Source: Gemmatimonadales bacterium (lineage in GTDB: Bacteria; Gemmatimonadota; Gemmatimonadetes; Gemmatimonadales; GWC2-71-9). Taken from it: 44,932 nt of DNA. This document shows, one piece after another, positions 9,776 to 18,249 of this stretch. Both the position numbers and the translations under genes were made by a program. Below the pieces are notes generated by a model. It saw only the letters and a program-made list of their open reading frames with translations. It made no database searches and was not told the origin of the DNA. Numbering within the stretch: the first letter of the stretch is position 1; the number at the start of each line of letters is the position of its first letter. Where the stretch lies: the NCBI GenBank assembly GCA_041577295.1, contig JBFGJG010000033.1, forward strand, positions 1 through 44,932, in the 5' to 3' direction.

Positions 9776-10512
9776 GGTGTGAGCTCCCGAATCTTGATGT
9801 TGCGGAACCACACGTCGTCACCGTGATCCTGCAGGACGATATGTCCTGTGCGGTGCTCGGCGAATCCGTCGATCCCGTGGTACTTGCTCAACGCGAACGC
9901 CGAGTCGAACGCCGCGCTTCCGAGATCGAACTCGACCACCTTGACGCCGTTCAGCCAATGCTCACCGTGACCGTCGTTGAAGACGATCCGTGCCTCATTG
10001 AACTCGCCCACGGCGTGCATCGGCTTGTTCGGTCTTGGTGCAATGAGGTCGTAGAGTGCGGCGGCCGTGCGATTGGGCCCGTTCCGCGCGTCGGGGTGTA
10101 GAACGTCGTCCAGGATCTGGTATTCGAACCCGAGCGCGGCATGAACCGGTGGTGCCGCGGTAGACATCTCCTCGGAGACATTGTACTTGATGCCGCTGTT
10201 AGCGCCGGCACTCACCTTCCACTCGAGGACCAACTCGAAGTTGCGATAGGTGTCCCGGGTCATGATGTCGCCGCCCTCGAGCGGCTGCCCATCGACAGCC
10301 GTCGGCACGGTCCCACTCGCCACTTTCCGAATGGTGCCTTCCTCGATGACCCAATGCGCGGTGGGGATCGAATCGAGACCGACACCACGCCATCCGGCGA
10401 AAGAACCACCATCGAAAAGGGTGACCCACTCGCTGGGGCCCGGCTGGCGTTCTCCAGCCTGGCAAGCTAGTAACGTCACCGCCATCAACAGTGTCGACCA
10501 CACAAATCTCAT
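9772..10512 (-). CDS. DUF1080 (3-keto-disaccharide hydrolase family) lipoprotein
   Basis: Lipobox LLAC; 'WVTLFDG.SF.GW', 'NFELVLEWK...NSGIKY', 'EYQILDD', 'GHIVLQDHG..VWFRNIKIREL'. Confidence 0.9.
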   Translation of the reverse strand: MRFVWSTLLMAVTLLACQAGERQPGPSEWVTLFDGGSFAGWRGVGLDSIPTAHWVIEEGTIRKVASGTVPTAVDGQPLEGGDIMTRDTYRNFELVLEWKVSAGANSGIKYNVSEEMSTAAPPVHAALGFEYQILDDVLHPDARNGPNRTAAALYDLIAPRPNKPMHAVGEFNEARIVFNDGHGEHWLNGVKVVEFDLGSAAFDSAFALSKYHGIDGFAEHRTGHIVLQDHGDDVWFRNIKIRELTP

Positions 10513-10553
10513 AGAGTGACTCCCAGGTACTCCATACCGGTCAAGTCTGCGAA

Positions 10554-12920
10554 CTACGGGGCGCGACGAGCCATCGCGATCTCTTCCCCGTACTTCGCCG
10601 TTCGCGAGTCTTCAATCACGCCCGTCCAGCCGAGCCCGAAAGAGAAATCGTAAGCGTTTCCGTCGGCGTCCACATACGGTTGCATGTCGTGGGGTGTATC
10701 CTCGAACTGCTCCTCGACCGTTTGCATGTTGGCCGGCATCTGGAAGGGTAGGAGGCCTGAAGGCTCAACTACCCCGGTCAGGATCTCGAAGATCGCCTGG
10801 TCCTGGACTCCAAAGCTGACGAGAATTGCACTCGCACTCGGCTCAAGCTCCGACACCACGGTCGGGGTCGACAGGTTGAGGATCACGATCACCGGCTTGC
10901 CGTTCATCTTGTTGTGAGCGTCGCGCACCGCGTGCAGGTCGGTCACGTTTGCAGGCGTTACGCTCTTTCCACGGTACGAACGGTTGGTAAACGCTTCCAG
11001 GGGATCCCCACCAGCGACGCTCGTGGTACGTGCGTACGTCGCCGTGTACGTGCCGTACTGAAGGCTGATGGGCAGGTACCCGTTGCGGCCGGCGTCGACG
11101 TCTGCCTTGGCGTACCCGTTAGTGGAGGCCGGGCTGTGGATGACGACCAGCGCGGCTTCAGCCGCGGCGGGGTCGTCGGTCACGCGGAGATACTTACCAG
11201 CAATCGTCACATCGAGCGGATGCTCGTAACGCGCGGGAGTGACGTTTCCAAAGAAGCTTCGGGTCTCCGGCACGTAGCGCTGCGGGATGTACACCGTCGC
11301 GTCACGGTTCAGTGGCAACACGTTGTTGTGATTCTTGAGGAGGACGACCGACTTGAGTTGCGCCTCGTACCCCGCTGTCATGAACGCGGGCTTGCCCACG
11401 ATTTCCGTGGTTTCTTCCACGTCGAGGTAGGGGTTCTCGAACAACCCGGTGCGGAAGATGTTCTTCAACAGACGGACGGCGGACGCCTCGAAGCGGGACC
11501 GCATGAACGCTTCCCCGTGCTCCTCGACGCCCATCTGGTATGCAGCGATGACCGGGCCGGACTCGTTGTTGCCGCCAAACTGATCGACCCCTGCCATCAG
11601 CGCCTTGTAATGCCGCTCGGCCTCCGTGAGCCCTTCTACGCCCCATGGTGTACGACCAAACACGTCCAGCCCCGCATGATCCCGGGTGACACCCCAATCG
11701 GTGCAGACGACGCCGTCAAAGCCATAGGTTTCTCGCAACAGATCCGTGATGACGTACCTGCTGTAGGCGTTGCCGACGTTCTCGCCGTAGGTGGTGTCCT
11801 GGTTGAACGAAATGGTGTAGTAGGGCATGACGGCTGCGGCCATGCCCGTCTTGCCATTTAGCTGAAATGCGCCCTCGGTGAAGGGAACGAGGTGGAGGTC
11901 GAAGTTGCTGCCGGGGTAGACCGCGTACTTCCCGTAGCCGTAGTGTGCATCTCGCCCACCCTCACCCGACCCGCCGCCCGGCCAGTGCTTGACCATGGCG
12001 TTTACGCTTTCGTAACCCCAACCACCGGCAATCTCGGTGTCTCCCTCCGACGTCTGAAATCCATCGACATATGCACGGGCCATATCGGTGGCCAGTCGTG
12101 GATCCTCGCCGAAGGTTCCGCTGAATCGGTACCAGCGTGGGTCAGTAGCGAGATCGATCTGCGGAGAGAGCGCCGTGGTGATGCCGAGCGCGCGATACTC
12201 ACGCGATGCGATCTCACCGAACCGTCGTACGAGGTCAGGGTCGAACGTCGCGGCGAGACCAATGGTGCTGGGCCACATCGAAATGTCCCCACCGGAACCG
12301 GCATTGTATTCCGCATCGGCGCGGGTGCGATGGCGTGGGTCCGAACTGTTGTTCGCTGGGATACCCAGCCCGATGCCTTCCACTAGTGCCTGGACGTTGT
12401 TGTTCCAGCGCGCCGCCACCTCAGGGCTCTCCACCGACGTAATCAGCACATGGCGCAGGTTGTCGTTGGTGAGGAACTCCTTCTGCTCATCGGATAGATC
12501 CCACGCATTTGCACCACTCTCGGCAAAGGGCTTTCCATCGTAGGTCGCCCGCCTGAACCCTCCTGTTCCGGGGATGGCTTGGTGCGCGCTATAGAGCATG
12601 AGGCCCGCGATCTGTTCGATCGACATTTTGGAGGCCAGGTCCCTCGCCCGTTCATCGGCGGCGAGACGCCAATCTTCGTATGGATCGAGCACTCCGTTCT
12701 TGTTGAGGTCCTTGAAGGCATACCCGTCCGCGATGACCAGGGTGACACCGGATGTCGTTACATAGCCCAGCGTCTGACCACCCCGGTTCGTAACCGTCTT
12801 CATCGTTCCGGATCCCGATTCGCTCCATCTCGGCCCGCAGCCCAGCGAGGCGGTCAGCAGCAGGAGCGTGGTGACAAGAGGAAAAGGGGGGACCGAGGGA
12901 GGATGTCGGAAGGTGCTCAT
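10554..12920 (-). CDS. Glycoside hydrolase family 3 (beta-glucosidase-like), probable lipoprotein
   Basis: 'KDLNKNG.LDPYEDWRL', 'ALSPQIDLATDPRW.R', 'MVKHWPGGG', nucleophile 'VVCTDWG', 'SVVLLKN', 'PSGLLPFQMP'; lipobox-like SLGC. Confidence 0.92.
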   Translation of the reverse strand: MSTFRHPPSVPPFPLVTTLLLLTASLGCGPRWSESGSGTMKTVTNRGGQTLGYVTTSGVTLVIADGYAFKDLNKNGVLDPYEDWRLAADERARDLASKMSIEQIAGLMLYSAHQAIPGTGGFRRATYDGKPFAESGANAWDLSDEQKEFLTNDNLRHVLITSVESPEVAARWNNNVQALVEGIGLGIPANNSSDPRHRTRADAEYNAGSGGDISMWPSTIGLAATFDPDLVRRFGEIASREYRALGITTALSPQIDLATDPRWYRFSGTFGEDPRLATDMARAYVDGFQTSEGDTEIAGGWGYESVNAMVKHWPGGGSGEGGRDAHYGYGKYAVYPGSNFDLHLVPFTEGAFQLNGKTGMAAAVMPYYTISFNQDTTYGENVGNAYSRYVITDLLRETYGFDGVVCTDWGVTRDHAGLDVFGRTPWGVEGLTEAERHYKALMAGVDQFGGNNESGPVIAAYQMGVEEHGEAFMRSRFEASAVRLLKNIFRTGLFENPYLDVEETTEIVGKPAFMTAGYEAQLKSVVLLKNHNNVLPLNRDATVYIPQRYVPETRSFFGNVTPARYEHPLDVTIAGKYLRVTDDPAAAEAALVVIHSPASTNGYAKADVDAGRNGYLPISLQYGTYTATYARTTSVAGGDPLEAFTNRSYRGKSVTPANVTDLHAVRDAHNKMNGKPVIVILNLSTPTVVSELEPSASAILVSFGVQDQAIFEILTGVVEPSGLLPFQMPANMQTVEEQFEDTPHDMQPYVDADGNAYDFSFGLGWTGVIEDSRTAKYGEEIAMARRAP

Positions 12921-13065
12921 GGACTTATTCCTTTGACGAGAAGGCTTCGTCCAAAGCTGTATCTTTTGCGGCCGTTCGGCCAGTTGTACGGCGGGGTCCA
13001 GTCAACCTGGGTGTGACGACGGCCGAGCTAACGTCGAATGGACGTTGGAGATGATGCTAAAGGGA

Positions 13066-13155
13066 ATTGAGGTTGGGCAGAGGGCGTCGGACGAATTGAA
13101 CCTGCGCCCACGGCGGCTTCTCACCCTACGGAAGCTGCCACGTCCCTCCGTCAAT
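13066..13155 (-). ncRNA. Candidate structured RNA (three-way junction with a T-loop-like GGUUCAAUUC)
   Basis: Nested complementary segments seen by eye in the gap between the Gfo and GH3 genes; not recognised as a known family. Confidence 0.2.
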
Positions 13156-13299
13156 CGTGCGATCGAAAGCAAAGTGATGGTACTTGAAGTTTCGCCGCCA
13201 AGAGACCACGTATCCCACAGGTCCCTACTGCCTTCGACCGAGGCACGACCGCAGCGCGCCTCGGCCGGCGCGCTCAGAGGGAGGGGCCCCTGCGTTCGC

Positions 13300-14715
13300 T
13301 CAGCTGTACTCCAGCTTCTGAGGATCCCAGGTCACCAGCCTCTTGTTGAAGTAGCTCGCATTGGCCGCCAGCGACGGTCCAGCCGCCCGCAACCCGTATG
13401 TGGCATCCTGGACGATCGCTTTCCCGTCCCGTACCGCCGCGATCAGATTGGCCCAGTGATCGTCACGGTCGTCGTACTCCTCCGGTGCCGTGTACACGAT
13501 CTCACTGGGCTCGTTGATGCTGGCGGGCACATCGTAGTACTTCATCTGATACTGTTTCACAAACTCATCCTGTACGCTTTGTGGGAACGTGAATAGCGAA
13601 TCGTAGCCGCCATACCCCGGTTTAGTCGGGAGGGGCGCGCGGCGTAACGTCAACGTGCTTCCCCCAAGCGACATTGTCCCTTCCGATCCCACCAGCTTCA
13701 ACGTCCCCCCTCCGCCACCACCGGCGACGAAGTTGACCCGAATCTGCATGTTGAAGGCTGCGTGGTTTGCCGTCTCGGGGTAATCGATAACGCAGGTCAA
13801 GATGTCCGGTACGTCGCGACCATCTTTCCAGAATCGCAATCCGCCGGATCCGTACACTCTATTCGGTCCCTCAGAACCGATGACCCAGTGCAGCCAGGAG
13901 AACAGGTGCACGAACAGATCTCCTGCAATGCCGGTTCCGTACGCGCGGTAGTTACGCCACCGGAAGAAGCGGACAGGATCGAACGGCACCTTTGGGGTAT
14001 CTCCGAGAAACGCGTCGAAATCGACCGTTTGCGGTGAGGCATCCGGCGGGATGGAATACTGCCAGGCCCCCAGAGAGGAATGACGGTCATACGCGGCTTC
14101 CACCAGGATCAAGTCTCCAATGTCACCGGCGCGATACAGGTCTTGCGCCTTCTTCATGACGATGGAGCTCACGCCCTGGCTTCCGACCTGGAACTTTGCG
14201 TTGTACTGCTTCTCGGCGCGGATCACGCGTTGTCCCTCGGCGACTTCCTGCACCATGGGCTTTTCGCAGTAGACGGCTTTCCCTGCCCTCATGGCATCGA
14301 TGCTGATGATGTCGTGCCAGTGATCCGGTGTGGCGACGAGCACTACATCGATGTCATCCCGACTCAGGAGTTCACGGTAGTCTTTCGTCGTAATGATGCT
14401 CTCGCCAAACTCTTCTCGTGCCCGGACGAGCCTTCCGTCGTACAGATCGCACACGGCCGCTAGCTCCACCCCCGGAACGGTCAGCGCCGACCTGATATTG
14501 TAGAATCCGATGATCCCGATCCCGATGACCCCCAGCCGGATCGTATCGTTGGCTGAGAACTTCTTCTCGTGGCCCGGCTGAGCCTCCCGTTCTAGGACGA
14601 TCGTCTCCTTCGAAGGTCTCCTTGTGAAGACAAAGGGGAGTGCGCCCGCGGCCAGGGATCCGTGGGCAAGCTCCTTAACGAACTCCCTTCTCGTACGTTT
14701 CTTCTTGCCTCGCAT
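13300..14715 (-). CDS. Tat-exported Gfo/Idh/MocA oxidoreductase
   Basis: Tat signal 'TRREFVKE'; 'IRLGVIGIGIIG', 'ATPDHWH', 'AVYCEKPM', 'FQVGSQG', 'RFFRWRNYRAYGTGIAGDLFVH'; start ATG 14715. Confidence 0.9.
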   Translation of the reverse strand: MRGKKKRTRREFVKELAHGSLAAGALPFVFTRRPSKETIVLEREAQPGHEKKFSANDTIRLGVIGIGIIGFYNIRSALTVPGVELAAVCDLYDGRLVRAREEFGESIITTKDYRELLSRDDIDVVLVATPDHWHDIISIDAMRAGKAVYCEKPMVQEVAEGQRVIRAEKQYNAKFQVGSQGVSSIVMKKAQDLYRAGDIGDLILVEAAYDRHSSLGAWQYSIPPDASPQTVDFDAFLGDTPKVPFDPVRFFRWRNYRAYGTGIAGDLFVHLFSWLHWVIGSEGPNRVYGSGGLRFWKDGRDVPDILTCVIDYPETANHAAFNMQIRVNFVAGGGGGGTLKLVGSEGTMSLGGSTLTLRRAPLPTKPGYGGYDSLFTFPQSVQDEFVKQYQMKYYDVPASINEPSEIVYTAPEEYDDRDDHWANLIAAVRDGKAIVQDATYGLRAAGPSLAANASYFNKRLVTWDPQKLEYS

Positions 14716-14729
14716 TTTGCACCTACCCT

Positions 14730-15587
14730 TCAGGGGTACCCGTTGACGTCGTAGTGCAGGGCCGCCGCACCCAATATCGCGACGTGCTCCAGCTCCGAAA
14801 GTGTGATCTTCAAATTCTTGAGGGATTCCGAGAAGACAAAAGCCTCGATTGACCTCCACATGGCTTCCTCGAAGAATTGGAAAGCCTTCCGCACCGATCC
14901 ACCCAGAACAATGATTTCCGGATCATAGGCATACAGAATGGTCTTGATGCCCTCGCCCACGTGATGACCAAACTCAGAGAATACTCTTAGAGCCTCCTTG
15001 TCGCCTTCGGTTGCCTTGCGAAAGAGTTCAGCTCCCGTTTGCCCCACATGCCGAGTGAAGAATTGCCCCGAACAGTAATGTTCGTAGACGCTTTCCAGGT
15101 ATGGGATCATGCCAAACTCGCCGGCTCCGCAGTTCTTTCCGGCGTACAATTTGCCACCGATGATAATCCCGCCGGCGAAACCCGTTCCCACAATGAGGCC
15201 GATGAGCGAACGGTATCCTACGCCCTTACCGAAGTGACTCTCGCCGAGCGCGAAACAGTTCGCGTCGTTATTGACCAACACCGGAACGTCGTATTTCTGC
15301 TCGAGTATCGACTTGAGCGCTACCTCCCGCCACGACGGGATGTTTTGTACGTCGTAGACGATCCCCTTGTTGATATCCACGACGCTGGGAACACCGATAC
15401 CGATGCCCTCAACCTGCTTGGTGATTGTCCGATCGATGAGTGCACAGAGCTGCGCCAAGACCTCATCGACAGAGCCATTTGCATTTATCTGTATCGACGA
15501 GACGTCACCGAGCTGGTGTTGACGTACCAAGCCAGCGCGGGCGTTGGTACCGCCTAGATCGACCCCAATGATTGTCGATCTAGCCAT
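14730..15587 (-). CDS. ROK family sugar kinase (glucokinase-like)
   Basis: 'IIGVDLGGTN', 'GIGIGVP', 'NNDANCFALGE', 'VGTGFAGG', 'GAGEFG'. Confidence 0.9.
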   Translation of the reverse strand: MARSTIIGVDLGGTNARAGLVRQHQLGDVSSIQINANGSVDEVLAQLCALIDRTITKQVEGIGIGVPSVVDINKGIVYDVQNIPSWREVALKSILEQKYDVPVLVNNDANCFALGESHFGKGVGYRSLIGLIVGTGFAGGIIIGGKLYAGKNCGAGEFGMIPYLESVYEHYCSGQFFTRHVGQTGAELFRKATEGDKEALRVFSEFGHHVGEGIKTILYAYDPEIIVLGGSVRKAFQFFEEAMWRSIEAFVFSESLKNLKITLSELEHVAILGAAALHYDVNGYP

Positions 15588-16836
15588 CTTCCTTCTTGCG
15601 GAATTCGATCGTCACGTTCTTGATGAGCGGCTTCGCCCAGAAGCCGATACTGAGGATGTAGCCCAAGGTCAGGTACAGGAAGAGCATCCCGTTCCGCAGT
15701 CCAAAGACATCGCCGAGCCCTCCCACGATCAGTGGGACCACAGCCCCTCCGATGATGGCGGTCACGAGTATCCCTGAGAAGCTCCCGTGGTGTTCCTCGA
15801 CGGAGTTGAGGGCGAGCGAGAAGATCACTGGGTACATCACCGCGGAGAAGAAGCCGACCAATGGAAACGCGATGCGTGCAACCGGCCCGGACAGGAAGAG
15901 GGCCGCAGTGAGGCTGATGATCGCAGCACTCGTAAACAGGATCAAGACGATCTTGCTGTCCAGCAATTTGAGCAGGACCACGCCCGCCACCCCGCCAATG
16001 GTCATGAGCCCCCAGAACCAGGCCACTGCTCTCGCACCGGTCGTTTGGGGATCGTAGCCGTGATAGGTATTGAGGAACTCTGAGATCCAGTTCGCGACAC
16101 CCTGCTCGAGCCCTACATACGTGAAGATGCCCAAAAAGAACAGGATGACGATTGGGTTCTTCAACAAACCCAGGTGCGTTGCGAGGCTGCCGACCTGTTC
16201 GTCCGCCTTCCGCTCGACGTCGGGGATCTTCGAGACGAACACGACGGCGACCATGAGGGCGGCAATGATAGCGAAGAGCCAATAGAGCGACACCCAGGGC
16301 AGGTTCTCGGGGACGACCCTCGACAGTGTCGTGATCAAGAAGTTCGCATTGCCGGACTGGTTCTCGAGGTTGAGCACGAGATACGAGTACACGAGCGGGC
16401 TGAGGAAGGACGCGGCGCCGAAGATCAGTTGGGCGACCGTGGCGTTGAACGCAAAGTGCTCTTCGCCGCCCGCTTCTCGTAGCAGCGGGTTGATGGCCAC
16501 CTGCAGCATGGCCATGCCGGAGCCTATGAGGAACAGGGAGCAGACGGCCGTCAGATACGAGGGGAAAAGGGCCAACATGGACGAGCCGACGAACGCCACG
16601 ACGAATGCTGCCACCATCACGGGCTTCTCTTGAAACCGCTCGATCAGCAGTCCAGCCGGAATCGACATCACGCCATAGGCAATGAAGAACGCGAACGGCA
16701 ACACCGCCACGAGCGTGAGACTCAGGTTGAAATCGTCGATGATTTCGGGGACGAGCGGACCAATAATGTTCGTGAGGAACGAAATGACGAAGAAGGTCAG
16801 AAAGATCAGGGCAACGACGTAGGCGCTTCTGCGAAT
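15580..16836 (-). CDS. MFS sugar transporter (FucP/GluP family); probable non-canonical ATT start
   Basis: Multiple TM helices, 'MAMLQVAINPLL', 'GIFTYVGLEQG'; the frame stays open upstream of GTG 16710 through 'IRRSAYVVALIFLTFFVISFLTNIIGPL'; GGAGGG lies 7 nt before ATT 16836. Confidence 0.85.
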   Translation of the reverse strand: MRRSAYVVALIFLTFFVISFLTNIIGPLVPEIIDDFNLSLTLVAVLPFAFFIAYGVMSIPAGLLIERFQEKPVMVAAFVVAFVGSSMLALFPSYLTAVCSLFLIGSGMAMLQVAINPLLREAGGEEHFAFNATVAQLIFGAASFLSPLVYSYLVLNLENQSGNANFLITTLSRVVPENLPWVSLYWLFAIIAALMVAVVFVSKIPDVERKADEQVGSLATHLGLLKNPIVILFFLGIFTYVGLEQGVANWISEFLNTYHGYDPQTTGARAVAWFWGLMTIGGVAGVVLLKLLDSKIVLILFTSAAIISLTAALFLSGPVARIAFPLVGFFSAVMYPVIFSLALNSVEEHHGSFSGILVTAIIGGAVVPLIVGGLGDVFGLRNGMLFLYLTLGYILSIGFWAKPLIKNVTIEFRKKEDG

Positions 16837-16859
16837 TGTCGTACCCTCCGTTTCGCCGT

Positions 16860-17792
16860 TTAGCGCTGCTCGTACGCCACGTACGCGACGCGACGACTAT
16901 CGGGTGACCAGGAGGGGACGTTGATCGTCCCCTGGCCCCCAAAGAAGGGTTCTGTCAGATCGCGGACCGAGTCGTCGCGTACGTCCATGAGACGTAGCTT
17001 GACCTGCCTGCCAAACGGGTGCGCTTCACCCTGGTCTTCGAGATACGCGAGATACACCACCCAGCGTCCGTCGGGCGACGGGTGTGGAAACCAATCGGAG
17101 TAGCTATCTCGCGTGAGCTGCTCGGCGCCACTTCCGTCCGGGCGCATGCGCCAGATTTCCATTTGTCCGCTACAGAAGGAGTTGTAATAGATCATTCCGT
17201 TTGGCGCGTAGTCGGGACCGTCATCGAGACCTGGGCAGGTGGTCAGACGCCGCTCTTCGCCGCCCGTGACTGGGATGGTGTAGATATCCCACTCGCCATA
17301 ACGCAGCGCCGTGTAGGCGAGCGTCTGTCCGTCGGGAGACCAGCCGTGCCAAAAGCTGGGGGCTTTCGTCGTGACCTTCACAGGTGTTGGGCTGCCCTCC
17401 ATGGGCAGCAGATAGATGCTGGACGCGAGCCAAACCTGCTCTGGGTCCGTGACGTGCTCGTCGGCGTGGTGGCTGATCACCAGCGTTTTCCCGTCTGGCG
17501 AGATGCCGTGATCGTTGTTGAGCCGATGCGCAAAGCCGGTCGGGATCTCCTGGAGACCACCCGCCCCGTCGGCTGCAAGGCGATATAGTCGACCGCCGCT
17601 ATTGACGAGAAAGAACCGGCCGTCGTGTGACCAGTTTGGGGCCTCGAAGTGCCGGTCCTCGCTCAGGATCGTGTCGACCCGTCCCGACGAAATCTCCACC
17701 GTCAGGAGGGTACTGCGGATCGTCCCGTCGGCCTGACCGAGAGCAGCGCTCGGCAGGACGAGGCTGGTCAACAGGAGAAAGCGAACCGGCAT
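16860..17792 (-). CDS. Secreted PD40/TolB-like beta-propeller protein
   Basis: Signal peptide '[19 protein letters not shown]'; repeated 'PNWSHDG', 'GISPDG', 'GWSPDG', 'PHPSPDG', 'PSWSPDS'. Confidence 0.85.
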   Translation of the reverse strand: MPVRFLLLTSLVLPSAALGQADGTIRSTLLTVEISSGRVDTILSEDRHFEAPNWSHDGRFFLVNSGGRLYRLAADGAGGLQEIPTGFAHRLNNDHGISPDGKTLVISHHADEHVTDPEQVWLASSIYLLPMEGSPTPVKVTTKAPSFWHGWSPDGQTLAYTALRYGEWDIYTIPVTGGEERRLTTCPGLDDGPDYAPNGMIYYNSFCSGQMEIWRMRPDGSGAEQLTRDSYSDWFPHPSPDGRWVVYLAYLEDQGEAHPFGRQVKLRLMDVRDDSVRDLTEPFFGGQGTINVPSWSPDSRRVAYVAYEQR

Positions 17793-17975
17793 GATTTCGC
17801 CTGCTCCGTGGCGATTACAGGAAGGTGGTGCATGCCCCTGGCGTCTCGTACGCTGTGCGGAATGGTGAGCCGAATATGCGGCTGGGGACGAACGGCGGCA
17901 ATTCACGACGATGATGACGCAGCTGCGCCGAACGCCCCCCAGACGCGTGGCTTGTGCTAGCCCGCTGCTACCGAA

Positions 17976-18164
17976 CTACCTCCTCTTGCGTTTGGACGTC
18001 TTGCCCTTGGCCGCCTTCCGCTTCGCGACCCTGCGCTTGGCCGTTTTTCCCTTGGCCGTTTTTCGTTTGGTGACCCTTCGCTTCGAGGTCTTGCCCTTGG
18101 CGGTCCTGCGCTTGGACGTCTTACCCTTGGCCGCCTTGCGCTTGCGCGCCCGCTTTCTAGCCAT
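17976..18164 (-). CDS. Very basic histone H1/Hc2-like pentapeptide-repeat protein (62 aa)
   Basis: GGAGGG SD 4 nt before ATG; 35/62 residues are K/R with no D/E; Lys every fifth residue (KAAKG KTSKR RTAKG KTSKR ...). Confidence 0.75.
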   Translation of the reverse strand: MARKRARKRKAAKGKTSKRRTAKGKTSKRRVTKRKTAKGKTAKRRVAKRKAAKGKTSKRKRR

Positions 18165-18249
18165 GAAGCCCTCCAGGCTAAGGTGGGAAGTACGCTACTC
18201 CTCGTCGGCCCCGCATGGTCCTCTTGGTGACCAGTCAAACGTCACAACA

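Noticed and set aside
13071..13150. Canonical tRNA or tRNA-Sec gene
   Set aside because: There is a T-loop-like motif but no D arm/anticodon arm arrangement or CCA end; kept only as a low-confidence structured element.
13045..13596. 183-aa plus-strand ORF and other long antisense ORFs (8522-9559, 10914-11861, 26496-27887, 28176-29330)
   Set aside because: Antisense shadows of well-supported genes in GC-rich DNA, with no recognisable motifs.
15554..16942. 462-aa minus-strand ORF, or a frameshift in the MFS gene
   Set aside because: It is an Arg/Pro-rich off-frame shadow. The MFS N-terminus is in the same frame as the rest of the gene, so no frameshift is needed.
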